The translations under genes were made by a program, and so were the position numbers. Below, in pieces: positions 1 to 22,832 of a stretch of DNA of 64,000 nucleotides. This DNA is from Bugula neritina (Eukaryota > Animalia > Bryozoa). The stretch lies in contig OZ037771.1 in the NCBI GenBank assembly GCA_964035545.1, positions 7,867,408 through 7,931,407 on the forward strand, read 5' to 3'. How positions within the stretch are numbered: position 1 is the stretch's first letter; each line of letters begins with the position of its first letter. Below the pieces are notes generated by a model. That model searched no databases and was not told where the DNA came from. It was given only the letters and a program-made list of their open reading frames with translations.

Positions 1-1629
1 ACTACGACCATTTTGTTTTCAACAGTAGTAGCTTTAATCACTCAAATAGGTGAACAAATTATACTTTCAAAGTATCCTTCACTTAAGAGGAGGCAACTTC
101 GCGAGATCGATCTGACACTCTCATGGAAAAACGATCGATCTGAGCACATTTCTCAGATCGGTACATGGAAAGCCCGTGATAGCAAGTGGCATAGTATTTA
201 TGTAAAGCCTGGCCTAGTGTGACACAGGTCACGGGTTAAAGTCCAGGTCATTGGTGATGACAGGAAGGGCATCCTATTATACTTTATCCACTATAAAAAC
301 CCTCTAACCAGAATTGTATGAAGCACAATCCTTAGGCACTTAAAAACCCTTGTAAGCAGGGGCTCTAACATTAAGGGTGGTGACTTAAAACTAATGTATA
401 TAAGTGGTTCTTTGAATGTAAGTTTTGTAAGAAAGCTGATCAGCAATTTTAAATGAAATGACAAATTGAAATGATCGAATTGTATGACTATGAAAAATGT
501 GGGATGTAGAGAAAGTGGCAGTCAACCCCCCCCCCTCGAGTTTTACTGTTTTACAATATAACTTACTCAACTACAAACAGCTTCCCGCCAAATATTTGAA
601 GAACAAGAAAGTTGTCACCGAAGGACTTGCTCTTGTACCATATAATCACATTGCCATCTACTATTCTGGGAAATCCAAGGGAGATGATCTTCTTTTCACT
701 TTTACTTTGCTTAACCATCACTCTTTCTCCGGCTATTTCCCCGATACCCACTTGAAAACAAGACAGATCTTCCCGCAGTTGCTATAAACACATAGCATTA
801 GAATTATATGGTTAGCCAGAAATCTGTTTATAGTCTGTTGGGGGAGTTACAGATGCCTTCCTCAAGCTTTTTGTCAATTGAGATATAACTCATTAAAAAT
901 AGCAGAAAGTGTAAAAGTTACTTATCAAGACCTTGCTTTTTATTCATACATTGTATTAAAAGCATTAGTTTTTTGTTTTTTTTACTTGACACTGACAGTA
1001 GCAACATATAATGGTGTGTCGTCATGTATTCGTTGATAAGAAATATAATCATTGACAGCACTTTGCTAGTATAAAAATAATGTAAATGCACTTTCAAGCT
1101 CTAAAACTATTCATTGCTTAAAATTTAAACTAATTGCTGTGGCAATCTTCAATAAAAATACATTATCAGTGCATAAAATAATGTATCTTGTGTTCACGTG
1201 TGAACCCTTTCAACTTTCAACTTCAAAAAGTCGGCATTGAAACCAACTTTTAAAAACTTAGCCAGTACTAAAGGGAGGCCAGCTAGCGCACCTTTATTGT
1301 ATCATCTTTTATCTGCAAGTCTAAGTTTAACTTCTCAGCCATGTAGACCACATCTGCAGATATTTGTTGGTAGTTCTAAAACAGAAACACTCATTGTATA
1401 CATGAGGAATATTGTAACAAGTTACTAATTTATGCAAACTATCTGTTTTGAAGAATCTTCTTAAATTTTTGTTATAATTGTTATTTATATTCACCCATAA
1501 GATTTATACAAAGTTGTTAATATTAAAAAGTTTCCATGGGCTAAACTCAAAGGCAAAAAAACTACACACAGTTGACTGTAGCTAGTTTACGAGGCATTAT
1601 CAGTGTTGTGGGTGCATTTATTCACTCAC

Positions 1630-9960
<8,331 letters not shown>

Positions 9961-12900
9961 CTTGAAGTACCAAAACCAAAATAATTATAGTTTGTAATAT
10001 GTTGACTATATTAAAGAAGATAATGATAATAATTACAGCAAAATGTCTGCAACAGACCTGTATGGTTTGAAACAAAGCATTGTTGCCAAAACAGCATTTA
10101 GCACAACGTGAAGTTAGGCGCAAATCACATAGCATGCAATTCAATTATTACACATCTTGGTGTAAACTAGGAAAGGAAAGCAGCAACTAGTTATGCATCT
10201 CAATGTTAGTCAACATGATGTCACATCAATAGTAGTTTATCCCTTTTCGTGACATCATCTCAATTTAATTTAAAGACAAAAAGAAATATGCAATCAAACA
10301 AACACACCTTTGTTCATTTTACAATATAAATCGAAATTGTGAACTACATTCAAAATAGCTCATAAGTGAAGTATTCTGGTGTGCAGTTTATGACAATGTT
10401 CGTATACGTGTGTGTATTATAGATCAAGAAAATAATATATATTACCAAAATGCCCTGGAGCACAAAAAAAGCTAAGAACTTGTCATTCCAAAAGAAGTTG
10501 TTTCATGTCAAATACTCAAATTGTATTATATACTATTGCTATGGTGATGCAAATAGATAATGTAATTTAAATTATTCAAAGAATAAAAAATTTAAATGAA
10601 GAGCCAAATGTTTGCGCATTCTCTTTCAAGACTTGGGGGCCCTGTTTTAGGCATTTCAACTTATTTGAGTGGCCAGATTTACAGCGTTAACACGTTTCCT
10701 CAATAATGTAGCCATTAGTAATAGAGGACTTTGCAAACTCAGATTTGATCAAATGCAAGTTATTTCGTCATGTGGAGTTTGTCTACATGTATTGTAATTG
10801 AAGAATAATAGAAACAACTGTCATAGTTTTACTATAAACTCCCAGTTTCAAATGCCATTCGAAAGAAACTTACTCTGTTAAAGTATACTAACAAAGCAAT
10901 ATAATTTACAATTTCAAAGACAAAAAATAAAACCTGCTTTGCAGGAAGAGAATAGTATCTCGATAGATACACAGAAATACGCACATTAAAGTGTACTAGC
11001 TAGTAGGCACAATTTGATTATAAGTCCTCAAATTTTAGCTTAAAGAATACCATGACAGCACACCCTTACTTTAAACAAGCCACTGGCCCATAGGAGGACG
11101 TATTTAAGAGAATAACACTGTTAATAGGGAATAATTAAAACACCTAAGGTTTTTTATTTTTTCTATTATGGACTTCACCTTGTAGACTTTTACTAACAAC
11201 TTTATGAGGCTTGAGGCATGTTTGGCTTGGGCACTAGAACCTCAACAAAAATTTAAGTGACAGTTTCCAAAGTTGAGATATGCAAATAGAACAGACTTTG
11301 TATATTTACAATTTAGATAACTTTATTAATAAACAAAAGTACAAATAAAATGAAGGCAAATTTGAAAATACCAAGTGGCAGTACAACTAAACACAAGCTG
11401 CTAAAAAGTGACAAGCACAAAACATATTCTCTAGTGTGAAATCTAATGGAAGACTGTTCTTTTCATACAGCAATGTTGTGTCTACTTCAAGTACTGCAAT
11501 GACAGTTCTTTATAAAGGTATGTTGACCAATAAAAAAACATTTTAAAATTGTAAATTGGCATGTTAGTCTGAATACAGAAAAAAACACACTATTGGTCAA
11601 AAATAATTGCTAATTATTATGGACTAATTATATAAACAAGTAAATAATGTAACAGCGCTTTTCACATGACACCCATCCTGAGAGATCTAATAATTCACAT
11701 AGAGCTAACTGCAGGGTTTAAGCGCATCAAAATTTGAAAGCAAGCTTGAATTAAATGGTATAAGCACTAGGACCTGCAATTAGCTCTCTGATAACACAGC
11801 CTATAAATAGCAATAAAGAAAAATGCAACATAAGATTCCAAAAATGAATAATAATAATATTGTAATTGAAACATCAACTGAATGTCTGAAAAAGTAAGCT
11901 CAATCAAATTTGATTGAATTTTTTTGGGTTTTTGTTTTATGTTAAATATATCAATGAGAAAAAATGTTTTTGTTTAGTTTTTTTTAAAGTTTAGCAACTC
12001 TCAAAATAGTAAGTTAAATGAATAGAAGACAAAAAATAAATCTGAACGCCGCAACACAAAGGCGATTATGATTATATAGTGATAAGACTAAAGCTGTGGT
12101 AGGGATTTACTGCAGGTAATAATTTGCACTGAAAATAACCAGAAAAAAATATACCTTAATTTGAGTTGTGTGGATAGAATATGACTGTAAAATGATTATA
12201 TGATACTAATATTGTTGATACAATGGGATATTGGTTAGCTCAAGTATAAAGAACCAATTGCCAAATAGATAGCACATAACACAAGTAAACCTTTCACCAG
12301 TCTTCACACGAGTATAATAATCATAGAATATAATGGAAATTGATAAAAAGCACCGACATACTGTATAAATGATGTACAACTACTATTAGCCACATTCCCA
12401 ACTAATCTAAAGCTTGTAAATGAGCTGTGCCATCAGCAACACACTACTACAACATTTCCATTCTCAGGCATCCCAGATGAATATAGCAAATAATAGTTGT
12501 ACATGATTAAATAGTATAACCAATACTGCAGAATAATCATATGGTTGTAAATAAAATGAACAATTAATGCAGATATACATAATAGTGATTAAGAAAATCA
12601 CTGCCCCAAAACATGGAGCATTTTGTATTTTTTTTGTAATTTTTTTGTGTGTTAAAGGTCCAAAAAGGCCAAAAAACAAATAAACAAATCTGTACAGGAT
12701 GGCTTGGGAAGCAAATATTGCATATGCGAATGACCAAAAGATTAATAGTCACCACCAAAATATATGCTAGGTTTAATATAATAATTAGGAATAGTTTAGT
12801 CTAATATAACTGTATAATCAACTTTGGCAAGCAGCGTTGTTGACACGTTGAATAAAGTGCTGCTTGCTCACAAGAATATTCTAATAAATCAACAGATATC

Positions 12901-13540
12901 AAACATATCATGTTGGGGCTATGAATAGTTTCTAAATTTCAAGCTAAAACAAACGATTGTCATAACAATATTCAACCAATCACAGCAGCTATTTGTCCAA
13001 TATTTCTTTATACCACTCTCAACTATTGCAGTTATTATAATTATAATGATTTAATAACCATGTAAACAAAGATAATAATACCAGTAATGATTGTGTATAC
13101 AAAAACTATTAGTACAAGTATTTGACCGAGTAGTCATGGTTACATGCTATATGGCTGTGCCCCCAGTATGAAACATCTTTTTATATGGAATTTTTATACC
13201 AAGAGAAAACATTAAACAAAATTAAATTATACAAAAAAAGAAAATGGAAATAGATATAGCGTTGGGACAGCACAACCTAATAGTCATGGCAAACAGAAGT
13301 TTGGCTATGGACTAGACCAAGTCATCCCGATAGTTAAGTATATAAAATAGCAAATATATGAACTCTAGAAGGCAAGACGTATCTTTGGTTAGCAGAAACA
13401 GTGTAGTATGAACCAATGAGTAACAGTATCCAACTAGCATGGATACCGTAAAATCTATAAGAAGAGAAGCCAGACAGCAGCTAGTCTAAAGAATCAGGCA
13501 ACAGGTTAACTTTAGCACAGAAAGAGTAGTGTGTAGGTAT

Positions 13541-16500
13541 TTAACTGATGTAAAGTGTGTTGAGGACGAGAACGTGGTGGTTGTTCTTAGCAAGGGTGAC
13601 CACGTAGCCTTCTGATGTGATCTTCAGTCCACAGCATCTGCTCACTTTAACATATGGGCATTCAAACTCCCCTAAAATACAGTATAAGGCATGCACTTGC
13701 AAGTATCTAAGGCAAAGAAGTAGAGCTGCCTATACAAGAGATTGTGTAGCTGTGTGTGTTAATGGTCTTCAACACTCACCAATGAGAGAGCCATCTCTCT
13801 GAAATACGGCAACGTGAAACCTATTGCCATGGCTGTCTCCCACCAGCACATCTCCTGCATCCGATATGTCAATACCATTGGGGAAGTTGGTGATCGTATC
13901 TGTACCGATACGCCTCATGAAATGTCCATCATCATTGAATACCACAACACAGTGGCCCTAAAAGCATACAGAAGTCATATGCTATTCGAACCAAATAAAA
14001 ATTAAACAATATCAAACTCAGTATAGCTAATGAAATTGGTTTTCAGGTTCTCTATATTGCTGGACACCCAGTAGTGTATCTTTAGGCTACACAATATACT
14101 ACCTTGAAATCACAAACATAATATTCCTTATCAGCAACAGCAATATCACTCGGCTCCCTCATGAAGTCAGAACAGTCAAACCACTTGATGAGATCTCCAC
14201 TCTCGGCGATAGTGAATACAGTTGGTGAGACACTATCAACAGCCACTATGTTGCCTACAAAATATTATATTCAATATTACATTTAATACTGCATTATTTA
14301 TAATTTATCACATTAAATATTGCATCACCTACACTACATAATAATAGCTGCACCTATTTACATCCAACTAAAACAATACTAATTTTTTCAGTCAATTAAC
14401 ATTTTATAACTGATGAATTTTGTGTTGCGTCTGATATACATGTGTATAGGTGCACTGAATTACCTGCAGGGGTGATGGCCAGCCCAGCCACTATATCTAT
14501 ATACCGTATGGCAATTTTCTTCACAAAGTGGCCATTTTTACTGAAGATCTGCATACGACTACGTTCATTCCCCCGGTCGCAGATAACATAGCGAGACGTG
14601 CCTCTCATAACCGCCACCTTGCGAGGATACCAGAGTTGTCCTTCTTCGCGTCCTGAAATCCACAAGTCACAACAGTACGTTATAACAGCTGCTATAGTCT
14701 TTCTACACCCTCCTATGCATATTTTCTCTTTATGCAATCCTAACAACTGTTAGCAAAGATTAACAACTCAGCATGGGGACCCACTTTATACACAAACCTG
14801 GTATTCCAAATTGATACTTAAACTCCCCAGCCTTGTCAAACACCTGGATCCTGTGGTTATTGGTATCAGCCACAACAATATCCTCCTCAAACCCCATACA
14901 AAAGCCATGAGGCGAGTTGAATTGTCCTTTGCTGGGCCCCAAAGCACCAAATTTGTGTCTAAAAATTATCAAACACCAAACCATTATTATAACAACTATT
15001 CAACAGATATGGATATCCAATAGCATCTATTTCTATCAATTGTCACTTGAGAATTTGCTGTTATCTTAGGAGCAACTTTCGGCCTTGCCATGCTTAGGTA
15101 AAAGGATTTACAGATAGTGCAAGGTTGTTGTTCAAGTGAGAGCTTTTCCAAGAGGCCTACCTGATCTGCATAGCAGACATTTTACTTCTAATGGGTAAAG
15201 TCGGAGCTCCAAATTGTTGTGAAAGATTGAGGGTTGGTGAAGTGAAGCCGCTGTTAACCCCCGAGTTAGTCATACTAAGGGAAGAGCCATCTCTCCTCTG
15301 CCCCATAAGATTGTCGATAGGCGCAGCACGGCTTTGTACTACTGGTGGACTGAACATGCCACTACCTCGAGACATTGCCAACTCTATATTGTATGAAAGA
15401 AAGACACAGGGGGTGATTCAGGCACAAAGACATTCCAATATCTTTCACACAATACTGGAGAAATTATTTAATAACTGCTTATGCTTAGACTGAAGTACGT
15501 CAAGTTATTTAGAACTTCTAGTAACTAGGGAGGTTTGTCAATTTCAAAGGAGATGACAGTGAAGTTGCATAAATTACTCGTATGCTAGCACGTCAAGTGA
15601 GAGACTGTAACTATTATGAAGTACTCAGCATACCTTGATCAGGAGAGGAAGCACCACCTGAGTACATGTGATCAACGGCAGACAGGGAAACGCTGGGCTG
15701 GTTCAAAATATGGCTGCCAACCACTCCACCAGAAGACATGTTAAACTGCAGACATAAGACGTAGTGGTATAATAAACACCTGATTTATACAGTTCCATCC
15801 AATATATTAACTCCAAAATATTTTAGAATTTATTTAGTATCTAGTATTGGCCCTGTGACTTCTAATGCCAAGGAAGAAATAATTACTGTGATTAAACTTA
15901 ACCACTGAAGAGAAAAGAATGTAGACATCATATTTTATCCGGACTTCACGTGATGATGAAAGGATATACAACTTCAAATTTAAACAAAAGGATAGAAAAT
16001 AGAGAGAAGGGAAGTAGTGCAGCTAAATGAAAAGATGATCAAATACAGGGCACTTAGACATGCATTACTCACTGTGTTTAGTATCAATGGTCATGCGGAA
16101 ATTACACATAAAAAATTAACTCAGTTTTAAACTGACAGCTCATATAAACTGGTGTCAGCTCAATACTGTGATAGAATAAGGGTCATTACTGACTTCATTA
16201 TGTATAGTTAATAATAACTCTTAATTAATATGATAAATTAATACCGTGAATATTAGCTGTGAGCTTTTTATCTAAACATTTTCATTAGTTGAAATTAATT
16301 AAGTTTGAGACTAATCAAGGAATGGAAACTCACCTTTGGAGACTGATTGCGAGAGGCATTGGGACTACCATTAGAGTCAATTACGATGCCGCTGTCAGAT
16401 ATGGTTGGAGATTGAGACGGGCCCTGGCTGCTTACAGCCTGGTGGTCACCTATGACACCAGCACCACCACTCATAGCTGTCAAGGAAGTGACTGAGGGAT

Positions 16501-18129
16501 TTCTCAGACCTAAATGGGATCATCAACATTCCAGGAGAATTATTATGTATTGGATGGTTTCATTGTTTATAGATCCCATACAGGGAATGCTCACCAGAAA
16601 GCTTGATCTGTTTCATTGACTAACTCAAGAAAATTTTCGGCTGGATTTAGTAAAACTGATTTCTTTTTGCTTAATCATTTAGAATTAATAACAACAAATT
16701 TAAAATAACATGCACATCTTTAAATTTACCTTAAACAATAACCCACTAAACTAATTAACTAGTTAATACCCACAATTTTAAAATACAATATTTTTAAATC
16801 TTCATTTTCCTAGTAAAGGAAAGCTAAGGGAAATGTTCTACTGTAGTGAATTGGTTGATTTGCAATTGCATTTTAGGTTATCAACAGTATTATAAAAAAA
16901 ACCTGTAATACAATAAATAAGTAAGGCCTTGCAATACTAAGAAGTTTTGCAAGGTTGAGTCAAGTTTAAATATCAAGTATAGGCCCACCTATCCTATTGT
17001 ATATATAGCGTTACAAAAAAACCTAGATTAAATATTGCATCGCAACAAAATGTTATGGAAGAGTAGCAGTACTTATAGCAAGTGTAGTTTTCATTACTAA
17101 AAGACTACATAGCAAGTGTAGAAATATAATATAAACATCAATTACCAAGCTGATCAGACATGCTCATGCTGACTGCGTTAGTAGATGGGAAGACCTGGGA
17201 GCTACTGTAATCAGTGCTCAATATCGGTCTCATCACATGGTCAGTGGCCAGGCCAGAGTCTGGACTCCCCATCATCGGTTGAGCTCTGCTGTTGCCAAAC
17301 ATCCCTGGAATGTCAGCGAAAGGGGAAGCTGCCATCAGTGTAGGAGGGCTAGCTAACTTCATTTGATATCCTTCAGACTGAAACAACCAAACATTGATAT
17401 TTCAATTTGGAGAATATTTTTCTAATCGCTGCAAAACTCTGTAGCAAAATGAGAGAGTTTTTTCTTACATTAGCTATGTTTGCTCGGCAAGCCTGACGTT
17501 CCATTTGTCTGAGCAAGTGAAGCTCCTGTTGCTGCTGCTGACTTCGTGTCACTGATTCATCCCGGAGCTTAAAGTGACCAAAATTATCGGTGACCGCTGC
17601 CTCGAATGCCTGATGATCCGTGGTAAACTTGATGTCTACTGAGATGCTGTCTCGAAGGTGTTTGCTGAGCAGAGAAGACATATAGGCATGCATCACTTTC
17701 TTGAGTGACAATAGCTCTAAGCAGTTCCCCTTGGTTAACAGTCGCTGCAGAAATTTGTCTACAAAAGAACCATGATTAAAACATGTAGGAGTACACAGTT
17801 TAGAGAATTTCGGTCCACTATACTACTAGTAAACCTACGATATGTAACTTATATTGTACTATAAGCTTATTTTTATCAAAATTATAACATCTAGTTGTGT
17901 CAATTTCACATAAACCTTTTCTTTACAAAACTGCAGCACACAATATGGTAGCAAAAACAAGACAACATAAATAACAAACAAAATCCAAACACTAAATCTG
18001 CTGCCAAATATCTTTGTGAATAGGGAGGAACTTATATTTGCAGGCTGACTTACATTGGAAAGAAATTTTGGAAAAATCATCAACAAGTGTCCAGTTGTTT
18101 GTAAATATCTAAAAGTCTAATTATTCTGC

Positions 18130-18179
<50 letters not shown>

Positions 18180-21100
18180 TATATATATATATACATTATA
18201 TATATGCAGATTAAACTTTAACAAAGCATCAACTTTCTAGATAGAGTAAAATAACATGGCATAATGGGCTCAAATGTATTTCAACAAATAAAGCATGTTA
18301 CTGGAGCCTCCTTGCATTCTAGCTACCTTATGCACAGGGCATACAGGAGCATAGCATTATCTCCAAGCAAGTTGTGTTCAGTGTTGTACCATGATATTAC
18401 TTGAATGCTAGTGGTAGCAGAAACAACGCATTGATATGTTGGAGGGTTACTAGCTTACTTCCATGTTCTAGTTCATCAACGGTGGTATTGACCTCATTAA
18501 ACATCTCCATGACAGATAACTCTTGTTGCTTGTGCAATTCTTCAAGTTGGTTGAGCAGTGACTCTCTTCTTTTGTCCAACAGTGCCTTGTAACTCTGAAA
18601 CATGAAGGCTAAAAGTGAAATTTGTGCATTGCTGAGAATAAAAGTGAAATATTCTTTCCAGTCTGCTATAACTCCGGTTTATAATTTGAGAGTTTTAGTA
18701 TTTAGCCATAGCAGAAATAAACTGAATGGTCTACCAGGCAAACGTGACAAGTAGTCCTGAGGCATTTACTAAAACACAATTGACTGCCTGCTGAGTTAAT
18801 TTTTCAGTTTTGGAATTTTCAGGCAATTTATGGCTTATTAAATGTGTTTATTTAACACCAGAGAGATGTTCCTGTACAATGAAGTTTTCTGCCAGGAAAG
18901 TAATAACTGACTTGAACCATAACTTGTTGGTTTACCCAGAAGATACTGAAATATAGACAACCAGGGACAGGCAAAGTACCAACCAGCTCAGTGCTATGAC
19001 AAGTAGCTTAGGCTGGTAGCAACCAACCTATCTGGCAATGGCTATGTAAATATACACCAATAATTTAGCACTTGAGAGTATTGTATCAACAAATAAATAC
19101 TTGAGTATTGGCATAGACTACACTGAACTAGCTCATATTATTTATAAGTAAGCCCAGTGTGAGGAGGGAGTAATCCAGCAGGTAAGATGACCAAATTTGA
19201 ATACTTTTTTCACCCGATTTCTTATAATAGGATAAAAAGATGAGTTAATAGTCACTATCCCCGTGAGAACTCCTGATGAAAAGGTTTCTTAAGCAGACTA
19301 CGGGCGTTTCATATGTGCCAGTGTCCTAACCCCTAGACCACAGCTACTCCTTTTCTTATAAGATGCAATATCGAAAAATAACAAAAATCAACTACAGCAA
19401 CTACCAAAAAATCAATGACAGATAAATCAGAGATTAACTTTACTTCCACAGTATAAATTTGAATATTTAAAGCATGACTAAGCTACTTAAACCAGCCTTA
19501 TATTTAGCATCAGGTCTCTTAATGATCATTTAAATCAGGCATGCTGCTCTTGAGTTTGATTTAGAGGCTGCTTACTGAGAGCAATGCACAATTTTAATAG
19601 TCAAAACTGAAAGCTAGGAGGCAGCATATGGGACAACTAAGAGCACATGTTTACTGATGCAACCTAGTGAAATATTCTTTTACTTGACGCACCTGAAAAC
19701 TAACTGGACTAATAGGGAAATAAATAAATTTATTATACAAGAATACAAGATCTTTTCTACAAGTTGCCAATTGCACAGAACCAGCCAAGTATTTACTATT
19801 AATAGAGAGTGACTAGTTTGAACAAACCTGGAATGTTTCATTAATCAGTGATTTAGCATCATCCCTTTCGCTCTCCAGTTCACCCAGTGACTGCTGGAGA
19901 TTGTTTGAAACGGCCTCACATCTTTTGATTTTATCAACAGATTTCTCCATCAAGGACTGCATGATCTCCAACTACAAAATTTAAGGAAGTGATGTCATGA
20001 GCGCTAAATAACTCATCTCTAAAGAGCATAGCAACATGTGTCAGCAATATTCAAACTAAAGACTCTCCTAATTTAGGCTATAGATAAAGTCGTCTTGTAG
20101 ACACACCTCTCTTCCTTTGATATCATTGATTCTCTCAAATCTATGGGCAGGGGCTTGGTGGTCATTCATCATACACTCATTACAGATTGGAATTTGGCAA
20201 GTGTTGCAGAAATATTTCAGAGCCTGTTCCTCCCCATGGACACTACACACTATCGGTCTGTGAATAGACATGCCCTGCTCGTTGATAATATCATCAAAGG
20301 AGACGACCTACAAAACCATTTCTATGTCATGTCTTATACCAGCAAAAACATCAGATAAACAATTCACATTGGATTACATGACCTGCATCATGCACAAGCT
20401 AAAATATTCAACTTTGTTGTTAAAAAGATTTCTATGTGGTCATGTTTGCCTCAAAACTAGTTATAAAGTTACTGAATGTAGTTGCAAACTAAATTTTCGT
20501 ATTGACTCCAGCTATCATGCACCACTAATACCTGTTTACATTACCATTACAGTCTCCATAAAAAGTCACTGATAAGGTCTATTTGTAGCAACTAGCAACG
20601 GCTAAATGACATGTAGAACATAAACACATTCAAATCAACTATTAGGTTTTAACAAAATTTAATCCACACAGCAATTGTAAAACTTAGCATGTATTACCTT
20701 ATGGCTTTCAAAGCAGCGCATGAATTTATGAGCAGTAACACAATTAGGACAGAGAAAATTGGCACAGTCACTGCATCTAGAATGAGCCTTTTCTTTAGCT
20801 TTACATGATGTGCAGGTGATGTTCATGTCTGCAATGCCTTTCATGTCAATGTCATTTGCAATGGTGTGCTCCAATGGAAGCTCTGAAATGCTCTCTACCT
20901 CTGTAGACTGCAAAAATAACATTAAAATAGAACTTGCTTACTAATAATTGTTCTGCTAAATCCAATCATTATCTTGCCAAGCAATAATCAAGTAGTCGAC
21001 TAACATAGTTTCTAAAACCTACATGGATATGGTTGCTCAGAGTGAACAGTTTTCATTGATGATTATATTGGGATGAGTGCCTAATAGTTATCAGATGGGT

Positions 21101-22832
21101 CTACAAGCTACATAATGCACTAGATAAGATGGTATAGGAGCTTATCACTACAAGATATCTACATTGAGTATTGTAGCATTATGCTATATAATTATGATAG
21201 ATATTGCTTAGTAGACGCATCACAAGTGAGTTCTCTACAACAGCTCCATTGTATGATACGAGTGATTACATTGGACTACATTGCTAGTGTCCTTTGCATC
21301 AAACCTGATGACAAAGCATGGAAGCATGGTGGTACAAGTTTTAATACAATAGCAGGACACCTAAATATAATTTAAAGCTGTATTGTGATTGTGATGGTAA
21401 CATAGTCATAGCGAAAGAGATGCTGAAGGACAGCAATTTTACATTAGCTAGTTGCATAGGAGTCAATTTTGTTTCTTTTTTCAAGTTTATACTCGTGTGG
21501 CTTGACCTGTGCATTATATTCTCATTACTAAGTTGTTTTTGGTCTTATGCAGATGCTTCTTATATGAAGGCAAATGAGGTTGGAAAATTGGTTCTGTACA
21601 TTTAGATTAACAGTCTATCAGTTATTGAGCTATAGCAGTTGATATATTAAATTAACATAAGGAGAGCTATAGACTTTTGTGTTTGGTAAGCAGCGTGATG
21701 CAAGTTTTCATAGGCAGCTAGTTTTTCTATCTCCTAGTATAGGAGTTACAGAGTCAAGATTGACCTGGAGTTTTCCATGAACTGATTGGGCAAATATGGG
21801 TTCAAGTTGAGCAGCTTGACTGGGTATAATTGTTGCCTTGTTTTTTATGACTAAAACTGGCCGTCTGAGATAAATACATGAAACACCATTAGTAGTTTAC
21901 AATTTTAAGTAATAACTAGCTCTCTTAACTAGTACCCTCTGTGAAAGTTATGTATTCTATTGATTACAATGCAATCATACTGATGATCATAGATGTAGTG
22001 ATGACTAGCAAATACTCAGATCTGTATCACAGTGATGACTAACACTATAGACTCATACCCATTTCCCATGGCAAGTGATTTCTGGCAAGAAAGGGTGGCA
22101 AAACCTACCACTAGCCTACTGCTAGTGGTAGAAAAACCAATATTGTGATGTAAACTATAGCAATAAGGTGTGTACCATAAAACCAAGGAATGCATGTATA
22201 CAGCTGTTTGATCATGGCACATTTAGAGGTTGTTAGGCTTATCAGAAAATCAATAGTTAGCAATACTGAACCAGTCCAGTAAGTAAATATCCCATTAGGT
22301 GATGTATTGTAGGATAAAGAACATAGAATAGTGGTCTAGACTCCAGCATGGCAGACCTAATTGATTACTGTAAAGCTATTAACCCAAATCAAAATGTTTA
22401 TTTTCGTTATGCTATTCTACAAAATAATATTGGAAACATCTTTGGCTTTTTTACAATTATTCCCCCAATACAGTACCCAAAGATTTCACTAGTAACAGCC
22501 AATAGCCAGATTCATATATTTGGGCGAACTCTTACCTTTCCACAAGTTGGACATCTGATGCAGTCTTCTACCAACAGAGGTCTCAGGCAGTTTTCACAGA
22601 TTACATGCAGGCATGACAATACTCTCGGCTGCACATACTCAGAGTTGCAACATGGGCAAGCGTACAAATCCGCATCAGTTAGACTAAGAGTTTCAAGTTC
22701 ACCACTCAGGTCAAGGTCACCCTCATGAGCACAAGAGTCTCCATTAACTAGCGTAGCTTCACTTTTCAAGCCATCTTCTTGATTGCTATCATTTGAATCC
22801 ACATTACCGCTATCATTTAGTGATGAAGACAT
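13541..22832 (-). CDS. mei-P26: TRIM-NHL protein (RING, two B-boxes, coiled coil, NHL repeats), mei-P26/NHL-2 subfamily
   Basis: 15 coding exons: 22536-22832 (C3HC4 RING CPCC...CLHVICENC...CPTC), 20698-20907 (B-box1), 20107-20307 (B-box2), 19828-19971, 18459-18594, 17469-17758, 17146-17377, 16334-16509, 15634-15745, 15161-15383, 14798-14958, 14464-14652, 14103-14254, 13780-13957, 13541-13671. NHL motifs [30 protein letters not shown] and [33 protein letters not shown] match mei-P26 as I recall it rather than Brat. Confidence 0.92.
18130..18206. repeat. (TA)n microsatellite
   Basis: Direct read. Confidence 0.95.

Noticed and set aside
497-787. Independent ORFs 497..787 (+) and 563..751 (-)
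   Set aside because: No recognisable product; part (~752-781) may be a further exon of the coiled-coil gene, but I could not fix the junctions.
13541-22832. brat/ncl-1 assignment
   Set aside because: RING present and NHL signatures match mei-P26 instead.
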